Of a DNA stretch of 64,000 nt, positions 9,030 to 18,168 are shown one piece after another. This DNA comes from Dehalococcoidia bacterium (GTDB taxonomy: Bacteria; Chloroflexota; Dehalococcoidia; Lucifugimonadales; VXLM01), in assembly GCA_965116655.1 (NCBI GenBank), contig OZ220720.1, positions 434,319 through 498,318 on the forward strand. Reading direction: 5' to 3'. Within the stretch, counting starts at the first letter, position 1; each line of letters starts with the position of its first letter. A program made the position numbers and the translations under genes. The notes beneath the pieces are model-generated. The model saw nothing but the letters and a program-made list of their open reading frames with translations, was not told the DNA's origin and did no database searches.

Positions 9030-9442
9030 GGACTCTCGCGCTCGACGTAGGAGACAAGCGCATCGGTGTCGCGGTCAGCGACCCGCTGGGCATCCTCGCG
9101 ACTCCTCTCACTGCAATCGAGCGCACGTCCGACGTCAAGGCCATCGACGCAATACTGGAAATCGCCGGCGAGCAGGAAGCGGGAGAGATCATTGTGGGCC
9201 TCCCCGTCTCGCTCAGCGGCGGGTACAGCGAGCAGACAAAGACCGTGGCCGCCTTCACTGGAAAGCTGGAGGAACGATCGCCGATTCCCGTGAAGACGGC
9301 GGATGAGCGGTACTCCACGATAGAGGCCGAGCGGCTCTTGAGTCAGTCCAAGCCGAAGCGGGCGCGGAGCCGAGGCGAAATAGACGCGGCGGCGGCGGCA
9401 GTCATACTTCAATCGTACTTGGACGCGGTCTCCTCCGGGTAG
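9026..9442 (+). CDS. ruvX: Holliday-junction resolvase-like / pre-16S rRNA nuclease YqgF
   Basis: MRTLALDVGDKRIGVAVSD motif. 4-nt overlap with the alaS stop. Confidence 0.9.
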   Translation: MRTLALDVGDKRIGVAVSDPLGILATPLTAIERTSDVKAIDAILEIAGEQEAGEIIVGLPVSLSGGYSEQTKTVAAFTGKLEERSPIPVKTADERYSTIEAERLLSQSKPKRARSRGEIDAAAAAVILQSYLDAVSSG

Positions 9443-9559
9443 CGATCAGGGCCTGCCTCACCGCTCTTTCTCGCTCCCCTGCCCCATAGCGTTTCAGTCC
9501 CGGTCCGTCAAGATCGCCGTATGCGTCTGATATACTAGGGCCACCTTCGTCCGGGACCC

Positions 9560-10396
9560 ATGATGACCAAGCAGCTCGGCGTCATTGGATATCCGCTCTC
9601 TCACACGCTGTCGCCGGTCTTCCAGCAGGCGGCGCTCGATTACCACGCGATCCCGGTGACCTACTCGGCCTGGCCGACCCCGCCCGAAAGCCTCCCACAG
9701 ACCGTCGAATGTCTGCGAGGAGCCGAGTACATGGGGTTCAACATAACGATTCCTCACAAAGAGCAGTTGCTGGATCTCGTGGATGACGTGAACGACATGG
9801 CGCGCAACGTCGGGGCCGTCAACACGGTCGTAAATCGAAACGGGGTGCTGACCGGCCACAACACTGACACCTATGGGTTCGTCAGGAGCCTCAAGGAGAA
9901 GGCCGACTTCGATCCGAGAGGCAAGAGCGTTCTCCTACTGGGTGCCGGAGGCGCGGCACGTGCGGCTGCCTATGCCCTGGCTGGCGAAGGCGTGGAGCGT
10001 CTGACCATCGCAAACAGGACGGTCGCGCGGGCGGAGTCGCTTGCGAAGGATGTAGGTGAGGTACTTGGGAAGGTCAGCGTCGTTTCATTGGAGCACGTAA
10101 CCGGAGACGCTGATCTCATCGTCAACTCGACTTCCGTTGGAATGGCATCGGGCGACGGAGCGGGACAGACCCCGATCAAGGCGGCTTCGATACCGCGCGA
10201 CGCGCTCGCGTACGACATGGTGTACACTCCGGCTGAGACGCCCTTCCTTCACAGCGCTAGGCAAGCAGGCGCTCCCGTACTGGGCGGGCTGTGGATGCTG
10301 ATCTACCAAGGGGCGGCGGCGTTTGAGCTCTGGACGGGGAAGCAAGCCCCCGTCGATGTGATGCACCAAGCCGCTCAGCAAGCCTTGGAACAGTAA
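9560..10396 (+). CDS. aroE: Shikimate dehydrogenase
   Basis: VIGYPLSHTLSP, NITIPHK, NTDTYGF, LLGAGGAARA motifs. Confidence 0.92.
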   Translation: MMTKQLGVIGYPLSHTLSPVFQQAALDYHAIPVTYSAWPTPPESLPQTVECLRGAEYMGFNITIPHKEQLLDLVDDVNDMARNVGAVNTVVNRNGVLTGHNTDTYGFVRSLKEKADFDPRGKSVLLLGAGGAARAAAYALAGEGVERLTIANRTVARAESLAKDVGEVLGKVSVVSLEHVTGDADLIVNSTSVGMASGDGAGQTPIKAASIPRDALAYDMVYTPAETPFLHSARQAGAPVLGGLWMLIYQGAAAFELWTGKQAPVDVMHQAAQQALEQ

Positions 10397-10406
10397 GCGA
10401 GACCGC

Positions 10407-12059
10407 ATGGGACCGAACATCTATCTGACCGGATTCTCCGGCAGCGGCAAGACCACGGTAGGCAAGCAGGTCGCCGCCATGACGGGCTGGACCTATCGCG
10501 ACACCGACGACGAGATCGTCGCCGCGACCGGTCGCGCCATCGAAGACATCTTTCGTGAAGACGGCGAGGCGGCGTTCAGAAAGCTCGAACGGAGTGCCTT
10601 GGAGTCCGTCGCGCAGGGCGAACGGCAGATAGTCTCCACCGGCGGAGGCATTGTCGTTGACGAACGCAACCGCCGCACCATGGAGGCGACCGGCATCATC
10701 GTCTGCCTTGAAGCTCGTGCCGACACGATCTACCGTAGGCTGTCCGGGCCGGAGGAGACGCACGACGAGCAGGTGGTCCGACCACTCCTGCAGGACTCTG
10801 ACCCCCTGCGCCGCATCCTCAGCCTCAAGGCCGAGCGACAGGCGCTGTACGCTCTCGCCCACTGGACGGTGCATACCGACGAGTTGTCGATTACCGAGGC
10901 AGCATCCGAGGTCGTGAGAGCGAGGGACATCTGCTCGAACCGGGCAAACACAGCCTCAAACCATGACGCCGACCTTGCGGCAACGGTGCGCACATCCTCA
11001 GGCGACTACCCCGTATGGGTCGGCTGGGGTCTCTCCGATACCGTTGGTGAGCGCGTCAAGTCCCTGATGGACCCCGGCGCTGCCTACGTCATTACCGACA
11101 ACTTCGTCCACCGACACGCCCGCACCATTCAGATGTCGATGGAGGCGGCGGGGATCCCCAGCCACATCTTCGTCATGGAGTCGGGCGAACGGCACAAGAG
11201 CCTCGACACCCTGTCGCACATCTACCGGTGGCTGGCGGAACGCAAGGCGGAACGCCGTCACCTCATCGTCGCGGTCGGCGGTGGAGTCGTCGGCGATGTC
11301 GCCGGGTACGCGGCAGCGACCTATCTGCGCGGAATGCCGGTCGTGCAGGCCCCCACCACACTCGTGGCGATGATGGACGCAGCGGTCGGGGGCAAGACCG
11401 CCGTCGACCTGCCTCAGGGCAAGAATCTCGTTGGCGCGTTCAAGCAGCCGGAGTTCGTTCTCGCCGACGTGGAAGCCCTGTCCACCCTGCCCGAACGGGC
11501 CCTCGTGTCCGGTTGGGCCGAGGCTATCAAGCACGCGCTGATCTTGGACGAGCCGCTGCTCCGCGTCTTCGAGGAGAACGTGGACTCGATAAGCTCCCTT
11601 GAACCGGAGACGGCGAGTGACGCGCTCCGCCGGAGCGTTGCCATCAAGGCCGACGTGGTATCGCGCGATGAGCGGGAGACGCTCGGCATTCGCGCCTTGC
11701 TCAACTACGGTCACACGACCGCCCACGCGCTCGAGGCCGTAACCGGCTACGAACGCTACCTGCACGGAGAGGCGGTGAGCATAGGCATGATGGCCGCGGC
11801 CGATATCTCAAAGAATATGGGTTTGTTGAGTGACGATGACGTTGTTCGGCAGCGCTCCGTGCTCGCGGCCTACGGACTGCCGCTCAAGTACCGGGACGCC
11901 GATCCGTCAGCCATCAGAGACGCGATGAGCATGGACAAGAAGACGGTGGGCGGACGAATCCGATGGGTGCTGCTTGACGGGATTGGGAACGCCGTGACGC
12001 GAAGCGATGTTCCGCCCGAATACATAGACCAAGCGTTACGTGAGGTGTCAGAGCAGTGA
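10407..12059 (+). CDS. aroB: Bifunctional shikimate kinase / 3-dehydroquinate synthase (AroK-AroB fusion)
   Basis: N-terminal P-loop GFSGSGKTTVGK with DTD. C-terminal DHQ synthase motifs VAVGGGVVGDVAGYAAATYLRGMPVVQAPTT and GHTTAHALE. Confidence 0.9.
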   Translation: MGPNIYLTGFSGSGKTTVGKQVAAMTGWTYRDTDDEIVAATGRAIEDIFREDGEAAFRKLERSALESVAQGERQIVSTGGGIVVDERNRRTMEATGIIVCLEARADTIYRRLSGPEETHDEQVVRPLLQDSDPLRRILSLKAERQALYALAHWTVHTDELSITEAASEVVRARDICSNRANTASNHDADLAATVRTSSGDYPVWVGWGLSDTVGERVKSLMDPGAAYVITDNFVHRHARTIQMSMEAAGIPSHIFVMESGERHKSLDTLSHIYRWLAERKAERRHLIVAVGGGVVGDVAGYAAATYLRGMPVVQAPTTLVAMMDAAVGGKTAVDLPQGKNLVGAFKQPEFVLADVEALSTLPERALVSGWAEAIKHALILDEPLLRVFEENVDSISSLEPETASDALRRSVAIKADVVSRDERETLGIRALLNYGHTTAHALEAVTGYERYLHGEAVSIGMMAAADISKNMGLLSDDDVVRQRSVLAAYGLPLKYRDADPSAIRDAMSMDKKTVGGRIRWVLLDGIGNAVTRSDVPPEYIDQALREVSEQ

Positions 12060-12082
12060 GATTGCGGACATAAGCTCGCTAG

Positions 12083-12913
12083 ATGGTTGAATGGCTGGCG
12101 CTGGTGATACTTGGCTGCGCGACGGCCACCTTCGGTGTCATGGTCGGCACCGGCGGAGGTATCATCTTTGTTCCCATGCTGCTGCTTCTCTTCGATTTCG
12201 ATCCTGAGATCGCAGCCGGCACGTCTCTGACCCTTGTTGCTTTGAACAGCTTTGCGGGCTCGTACACCTACACGCGCTTGAGGTTCGTGGACATTCGGAG
12301 CGGGATTCTCTTCGCCGCCGTCGCGATTCCGGGCTCCATGATTGCCCCTTTCGTTGTCGCAAACATAGGCGGCAGTCTGTTTCGCATCCTCTTCGGCCTG
12401 CTCCTGGTCGTTCTTGCGGCCCAACTGCTTTTGCGGTCCTATATGCCAAGACGAGTCAAGAGGCCAAAGAGAATGGGGACTTTCAGATCGTTCATAAAGG
12501 AACGCCGTATCGAAACCAAGCGCGGCCAGCGGTTCCGCTACCACTTCAACGAACCGTTGGCCACCTCGATAAATTTCGCCATCGGATTCGTATCCGCCTT
12601 TTTCGGCACGGGCGGCGGATTCCTGAGAACTCCCCTGCTCGTGGGCGCCTTCAACTTCCCCGTTCGAGTGGCGGTGGCGACCTCGGTGTTCGCCCTCTCG
12701 TTCTACGCGACCGTAGGCTCTGTGGTCCACGCCTCGCTTTTGCACGTCCAATGGTTCCCTACGGTGCTATTCGCCGGGATTGGCATCCTCATCGGCGGAC
12801 AGATCGGGGCGCGGCTCGCTGTGAGAATTCAGGGCGTCTGGCTCGTCAGGCTGCTCGTCCTGCTTCTCTTCGTGATGGGCAGCCAGGTACTCTACGAGGG
12901 CATACGCGGCTAG
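12083..12913 (+). CDS. TauE/SafE family sulfite/anion exporter-like membrane protein
   Basis: Two GTGGG-containing halves (GTGGGIIFVP; GTGGGFLRTP), polytopic hydrophobic profile. Confidence 0.8.
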   Translation: MVEWLALVILGCATATFGVMVGTGGGIIFVPMLLLLFDFDPEIAAGTSLTLVALNSFAGSYTYTRLRFVDIRSGILFAAVAIPGSMIAPFVVANIGGSLFRILFGLLLVVLAAQLLLRSYMPRRVKRPKRMGTFRSFIKERRIETKRGQRFRYHFNEPLATSINFAIGFVSAFFGTGGGFLRTPLLVGAFNFPVRVAVATSVFALSFYATVGSVVHASLLHVQWFPTVLFAGIGILIGGQIGARLAVRIQGVWLVRLLVLLLFVMGSQVLYEGIRG

Positions 12914-12944
12914 AGAGAAGAATCGACTTTCGTGAGGGAGAGAC

Positions 12945-14075
12945 ATGAACATCAGCAAAGAAGCGAAAGATATCCACTACTCGGCGCTCGTCGTCGATAC
13001 GCACTCCGACAGCCTTGCGTGGCCCACCCGCCATGGCGTGGACATCGGGCAGCGTCAAGAAGACACGCACATGGACCTGCCACGCATGAAGGAGGGGAAT
13101 CAGAACGTCCAGTTCTTCGCCTGTTTCGCTTCCCCAAGCTGGATCCAAAAGAAGAAGGTCGTCCAGGTGACCCTCGACTACATGGACTCGTTCCACACTC
13201 TCATGCGCAACTATCCCGATCAGATCGAGCAGGCCACGACGGCGGACGACGTGCGACGAATCATCGACGCTGGCAAGCTCGCCGGCATCCTGTGCGTCGA
13301 GGGCGGACATTCCATCGACGATGACCTGTCCATCCTGCGAATGTACCACCGGCTCGGCGCGCGTTACATGACGCTCACCTGGAACAACACCAACAACTGG
13401 GCCGACGGTGTGCTCGACGAACCGAGGCACGGGGGGCTCAATCACTTCGGCAAGGAGGTCGTCCGTGAGATGAACCGGCTCGGAATGCTGGTCGACATCT
13501 CGCACGTCGCTCCCGCCACCTTCTGGGACGCCGTCGCGACGACAACCAAGCCCGTCATTGCTTCCCACTCCTCGGCCAAATCCATCTGCGCCGCTCCTCG
13601 CAACTTGGAGGACGACCAGATCAAGGCGGTTGCCGATAACGGGGGCGTGATCGGTGTCAACTACGAGATCACCTTTGTCGGCGAGGCCTACCGCGTTGCC
13701 AATGCCGCCCTCGACGATGAAAAGACTGAGGCTGTCAAAAGAGCCGAAAAGGACAATCCGGCACACTCGGACGGCCTGAAGAGTGCCCTGCGGGAAATTG
13801 ACGATCTCCAAGACGAGAAGGTCGCCGAACTACGCAAACCCCACTATACCGAAATCGTCGACCACATCGACCACATGGTATCGGTCGCGGGAGTCGACCA
13901 CGTGGGACTCGGCTCCGACTTCGACGGCGCGACCATGCCCGAGGGCATGGAGGACTGCACCAAAGTACCACTAATCACCGACGAACTCGTCAAACGCGGC
14001 TATGACGAGACTGATATACGAAAAATTCTCGGAGAGAACTTCATGAGGGTCATGAAAGAAGTCCTCGCCGACTAG
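12945..14075 (+). CDS. Membrane (renal-type) dipeptidase, peptidase family M19
   Basis: VVDTHSD (HxD), CVEGGHSI, LVDISHV, VIASHSS, HVGLGSDFDG motifs are all present. Confidence 0.9.
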   Translation: MNISKEAKDIHYSALVVDTHSDSLAWPTRHGVDIGQRQEDTHMDLPRMKEGNQNVQFFACFASPSWIQKKKVVQVTLDYMDSFHTLMRNYPDQIEQATTADDVRRIIDAGKLAGILCVEGGHSIDDDLSILRMYHRLGARYMTLTWNNTNNWADGVLDEPRHGGLNHFGKEVVREMNRLGMLVDISHVAPATFWDAVATTTKPVIASHSSAKSICAAPRNLEDDQIKAVADNGGVIGVNYEITFVGEAYRVANAALDDEKTEAVKRAEKDNPAHSDGLKSALREIDDLQDEKVAELRKPHYTEIVDHIDHMVSVAGVDHVGLGSDFDGATMPEGMEDCTKVPLITDELVKRGYDETDIRKILGENFMRVMKEVLAD

Positions 14076-14178
14076 GATGGGGCCTGCCTCTCGGCAGTGT
14101 AGGTCTACAGCCTCGTCGGCTCCATGTGCGTCACGTCACGCTGTAGAGAGTCGGGAGAGTAGACGCGCGGTGCGTACC

Positions 14179-14412
14179 CTACCCGACCGTCGCGTGCGGG
14201 TTGCGCTCCGCAAGCTCCTTGACGACCGTGTCCTTGTCGGTCTCGCCGGTCCAGGGCGTGGGGAGACGGTTCGTACCGAAGATGCGCGTCATTATCGGGT
14301 CGTCGTTCCCCTCGCCGTCGGAGTGGACCGTATACCAGACGCTCTCTTGCTCGTCCAACTCGACTTTGATATTTCGTACTTCGCCTGTCCAACCGAAGCT
14401 AACGTATCCCAT
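14179..14412 (-). CDS. Small hypothetical protein (77 aa)
   Basis: Acidic, non-repetitive translation with genome-like codon usage. It fills the gap between convergent neighbours. No recognised family. Confidence 0.45.
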   Translation of the reverse strand: MGYVSFGWTGEVRNIKVELDEQESVWYTVHSDGEGNDDPIMTRIFGTNRLPTPWTGETDKDTVVKELAERNPHATVG

Positions 14413-14453
14413 GTCGAACCCTCAGTCGATTTCTTTATGTCGGTTTCGGCGAA

Positions 14454-15881
14454 CTATGATACTCCAAGGCGTTGCGTTTGCAAACCGGAGATGCCCAGCG
14501 CTTCCAGTCCTCCGCGGGCCTTATCGAGCGTCTCTTGGTACTCGGCATCGGGATCGGAGTCGGCAACGATGCCGCCACCGACCTGCAAGTAGACCCGCTG
14601 TCCCTTCGCTACCATAGTGCGTATGGGGATGGACAATTGCATGGAGCCGTCGAATCCGATGTAGCCGATGGCGCCGCAGTAGACGCCTCGCTGCACAGGC
14701 TCGATTTCATCGATTATCTCCATCGCCCGAATTTTCGGCGCGCCGGTAACCGACCCGCCGGGAAAGCACGCCTTCAGCAGATCGATCGCATCGTGCTCGG
14801 GGCGGAGCCTACCGGTCACTGAAGATACGAGTTGATGCACGTTGGGATACTTCTCAACGGTGAAGAGCTCCGGCACCCGGATGGTTCCCGGCAGGCAGAC
14901 CCTGCCGAGATCGTTACGAAGAAGATCGACGATCATGATGTTCTCGGCGCGGTCCTTTTCGCTGTTCGCGAGTTCCCTTGCGAGACGGATGTCTTTTTCG
15001 TTTGTAACTCCCCTCGGGCGCGTGCCCTTCATGGGACGGGTTTCTACGAAGTCGCGTTCTACACGCAAGAACTGTTCCGGGGAGGCGCTCAACACACTAG
15101 ACTCAGGGAACCTTAAGTAGGCCCCGAACGGAGCGGGAGCCGTGTTTCGTAGGGATTGGTAGAGCGTCCATGCGTCCGTATCGACGGTCGCTTCGAATCG
15201 CTGAGAGATGTTCGCTTGATAGATGTCGCCGGCGGCGATGTACCTTTTCACTCGCTTCACCGCCTCGACGTACTGCTCGCGCGTGAAGTTCGACCGGAGA
15301 TTCGACGTAATGGTGGGTAATCCGTTCCTAGAGGTTGAGGTATCGCACCCCTTTGCGATGCGGTCCCTCACCCACTGGATCCGCCCTTCCCTACTGAACT
15401 TGGTAGTAACAAGCCACGACCGACCATTTGCATGGTCGAATGCGATAACCCAGTCGTAAAACCCGATGCTCATGTCTGGCAGGCCCATGTCATCCACGGC
15501 CTTTCCCGGCAGTCGTTCGAGGAGCCGTCCCAATTCATAGCCGAAATAGCCTATCGCGCCTCCCTGAAACGGCGGCCCATCCTCGCGGCGGCTCGTCGCA
15601 AACTCGGCCAGCAATCGCTGGATTACCGAAAACGGACTGTCATGCTGTTCAGCAACGTCACCGTGCTCGATCACCACTACTTGCCTGCCCTTCGAGCGCA
15701 CGACAAGAAACGGGTCGGCGGTAACGTAGGAATACTGCCCTAGCCCCGGTCGCACAAGGGCGCTATCCAACAGGACCGGGTAATCGACATCCAGAAGACC
15801 GGACATTACCCCAATTGGATCAAGGTGCGATTCCAGCTCTTCTATCCTGGTTTCGGTTGAGGTGGGCTGAAGAGTCTGCAA
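14454..15881 (-). CDS. pabB: Aminodeoxychorismate/anthranilate synthase component I (PabB-like)
   Basis: Chorismate-binding motifs FQGGAIGYFGYE, GDIYQANISQR, PGGSVTGAPK, RGVYCGAIGY. Confidence 0.85.
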   Translation of the reverse strand: MQTLQPTSTETRIEELESHLDPIGVMSGLLDVDYPVLLDSALVRPGLGQYSYVTADPFLVVRSKGRQVVVIEHGDVAEQHDSPFSVIQRLLAEFATSRREDGPPFQGGAIGYFGYELGRLLERLPGKAVDDMGLPDMSIGFYDWVIAFDHANGRSWLVTTKFSREGRIQWVRDRIAKGCDTSTSRNGLPTITSNLRSNFTREQYVEAVKRVKRYIAAGDIYQANISQRFEATVDTDAWTLYQSLRNTAPAPFGAYLRFPESSVLSASPEQFLRVERDFVETRPMKGTRPRGVTNEKDIRLARELANSEKDRAENIMIVDLLRNDLGRVCLPGTIRVPELFTVEKYPNVHQLVSSVTGRLRPEHDAIDLLKACFPGGSVTGAPKIRAMEIIDEIEPVQRGVYCGAIGYIGFDGSMQLSIPIRTMVAKGQRVYLQVGGGIVADSDPDAEYQETLDKARGGLEALGISGLQTQRLGVS

Positions 15882-15953
15882 GGGCGGTTCTGACGGCGAG
15901 AATGTGGATTCAGCCCCGGTCCTCTACGTGGGCGATTCTGCTGAATGCGTCGG

Positions 15954-15978
15954 CAACAATACTGTATAGTATTTGTTG
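15954..15978. promoter_or_regulatory. Near-perfect 10/11-bp inverted repeat (CAACAATACT-GTAT-AGTATTTGTTG) overlapping a TATAGT -10-like hexamer upstream of metV-metF
   Basis: Read directly in the pabB/metV divergent intergenic region. TATAGT lies at 15965-15970. Confidence 0.45.
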
Positions 15979-16017
15979 CATCCGACACCACTGAACAGCT
16001 TCTGCACGTCAATCGCC

Positions 16018-16479
16018 ATGGCCCTTCGACGGCTTCAAGACCGTCCTCGCATCCTCGAAATCGCGTATATAGCGACACTTGCCGCTCTGCGTCTTTTTCG
16101 TAAAGGACTGAATCCTGGAGGACTGGTCGAGAAAATCTTCGTACCCGGCGAGAGAGTTACGAAGGGCCTCATCTTCGACTGCAAGATGTGCGGGGATTGC
16201 GTCTTGCACAACACGGGCATGACGTGTCCCATGACCTGCCCCAAGAACCTCCGAAACGGCCCGTGTGGAGGCGTTCGTCTGAATGGGAACTGCGAGATCG
16301 AGCCCGACATGCGCTGCGTGTGGGTGGCGGCTTGGGAGCGGTCGCAGAGGATGCCGCAGTTCGGCGCAGGGATCCACGAGGTCCTCGCGCCAACCGACCG
16401 ACGGCTTGAAGGCACTTCATCGTGGATCAACGACATCAGCCCGAACGTCACCAAGCGACCGATTGGGTGGGCTGAATGA
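16018..16479 (+). CDS. metV: Methylenetetrahydrofolate reductase C-terminal-domain protein (MetV-like Cys-rich small subunit)
   Basis: CKMCGDCVLHNTGMTCPMTCPKNLRNGPCGG motif. ATGA overlap with metF. ATG at 16018 is preferred over TTG at 15973. Confidence 0.8.
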   Translation: MALRRLQDRPRILEIAYIATLAALRLFRKGLNPGGLVEKIFVPGERVTKGLIFDCKMCGDCVLHNTGMTCPMTCPKNLRNGPCGGVRLNGNCEIEPDMRCVWVAAWERSQRMPQFGAGIHEVLAPTDRRLEGTSSWINDISPNVTKRPIGWAE

Positions 16480-17453
16480 AGTCGGGTTCCCAACTGGAAC
16501 GAGTCCTCAGGGCGGGCCACTTCGCGGTAACTGCGGAACTCCTGTCCCCAGACAGCGCCGACCCGCAAGCCGTGCTCGACCACGCACAAGTCATCGGTGA
16601 TTCGTGCGACGCAATCAACGCAACCGACGCATCGGGCGCGACCACGCACATGTCGAACGTCGCCGTAGCCGCCCTCCTCCGCCGGGCCGGATACGACGCT
16701 GTCGTCCAACTGGCTTGCCGCGACCGGAACAGGATCGCCATGCAGGGCGACCTGCTGGGCATTGCCGCTCTCGACGTCCGAAACGTCCTGTGCCTGACCG
16801 GCGACGGTGTCGCCACGGGGGATCATCCCGAGGCGAAGCCCGTGTTCGATATGGACTCCATCACGCTGCTCCAAACGGCCCGCATTCTCCGTGACAAAGG
16901 ACAGTTCCTCAGCGGTCGCCCCATTGACTCACCGCCACGCCTGTTTCTCGGAGGGGCTAGCAACCCATTCGTCCCGCCCTACGATTTCCGTCCGCTGCGA
17001 CTAAAAAAGAAGATCGAGGCGGGCGCGGACTTCATTCAGACGCAATACTGCTTCGACGTTCCGCGCTTGAGGTCGTTCATGGAGCGTGTTGTCGACATGG
17101 GGCTGCACGAGCGAGTGTTCATTCTCGTGGGCGTCGGACCGCTTCGGTCGGCAAGAGTGGCCTACTGGATGCGAGAGAACATCCCTGGTGTCGTCATCCC
17201 GGACACCGTGATCAGACGTTTACTCGGCGCAGGGAAGCGTTCACGTACCGAGGGCAAGCGCATCTGCATCGAGATGATCCAGCAGATCAAGGAGATTCCG
17301 GGCATCGCGGGCGTGCACATCATGGCCTACCGACAGGAGCACCTCGTACCGGAGATTCTCAATGAAGCGGGCTTGCTCCCCAGACCGGAACCCGAACTCC
17401 TTGATGATGTTCATACGCCCGAGTTTGATGTCGTGGAATCGGGTCTGAGCTAA
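16476..17453 (+). CDS. metF: Methylenetetrahydrofolate reductase
   Basis: MTHFR-type TIM-barrel motifs (FAVTAEL, INATD, LACRDRNR, NVLCLTGD, FIQTQYCFD). Confidence 0.88.
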   Translation: MKSGSQLERVLRAGHFAVTAELLSPDSADPQAVLDHAQVIGDSCDAINATDASGATTHMSNVAVAALLRRAGYDAVVQLACRDRNRIAMQGDLLGIAALDVRNVLCLTGDGVATGDHPEAKPVFDMDSITLLQTARILRDKGQFLSGRPIDSPPRLFLGGASNPFVPPYDFRPLRLKKKIEAGADFIQTQYCFDVPRLRSFMERVVDMGLHERVFILVGVGPLRSARVAYWMRENIPGVVIPDTVIRRLLGAGKRSRTEGKRICIEMIQQIKEIPGIAGVHIMAYRQEHLVPEILNEAGLLPRPEPELLDDVHTPEFDVVESGLS

Positions 17454-17543
17454 GCGCTCCCGATTCGGAACACCGACTTCCCGCACACGGTGCCTGATGC
17501 GCCAAACACAGTCTGAGGAAAAACGCCCTACCCTGTTTGTCAT

Positions 17544-18083
17544 TCAAGTACGGGGAGAATTCAACACGACTTTGGTGCCAGCCAAGTAGTCGTGGACGCA
17601 CCTGCGATTCTTGGCGAAGATGAGCAGATGGTCGATGAGGACGTACGGCGGGATCAGGGTCAAGAGCCAGTTGACGAAATACCGCAGCACAATGCTCTTG
17701 AACACAGTTCCCTTCACTCCCGACTCTTCGTCGACGATTCGGATGTGCAGCAAGAGTTTTCCTACGGTCTGCCCTTCGCGTCGGAGGAGGACAACCTGGT
17801 AAGGCACACCGAAGATGCCGAGTACGAGGAGCGCCACGGTCGCTATCGCCGGCCCGCCCATGTCGGCCGAGAGGATACCCACGACGAATGCGGCCGGAGA
17901 CAGCGGCAGATCGATAATCCAGGCCACCAGACGTCTCCACCTTTGGGCGGGATACAGGATGTCCAAGGGTTCATCGGTCGAGCCGCCCAGCGGAGTCCTG
18001 CACCGGCGACACCAGCGTGAGTTTCTCGCATTCCTCGTCTGACATCGGGGACAATTGATGTCCTCAAGCGGTTGACGGGCCAT
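17544..18083 (-). CDS. RDD family membrane protein with N-terminal zinc ribbon
   Basis: CPRCQT...CRRC zinc ribbon, then RWRRLVAWIIDL and TM segments typical of the RDD domain. Confidence 0.75.
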   Translation of the reverse strand: MARQPLEDINCPRCQTRNARNSRWCRRCRTPLGGSTDEPLDILYPAQRWRRLVAWIIDLPLSPAAFVVGILSADMGGPAIATVALLVLGIFGVPYQVVLLRREGQTVGKLLLHIRIVDEESGVKGTVFKSIVLRYFVNWLLTLIPPYVLIDHLLIFAKNRRCVHDYLAGTKVVLNSPRT

Positions 18084-18100
18084 TGTCCTCCCCGCCGTTG

Positions 18101-18129
18101 TTGACCGACCTAGGGGGCGAGACTACAAT
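18101..18129 (+). promoter_or_regulatory. Candidate sigma70-type promoter TTGACC-N17-TACAAT
   Basis: Read directly, 40 nt upstream of the ATG at 18169. Confidence 0.45.
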
Positions 18130-18168
18130 ATCGCCTCAGTCGAGACGCCTTTCGAGAGGGATCGAACT

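Noticed and set aside
8030-9412. 460-aa minus-strand ORF. The same applies to 12846-13811, 16035-16874, 56851-57753 and 61329-62237 on the minus strand.
   Set aside because: Each lies antisense to a gene with unambiguous family motifs (alaS/ruvX, M19 dipeptidase, metV/metF, Hcy-methyltransferase, corrinoid protein). Each has Arg/Ser/Pro-rich shadow-frame composition.
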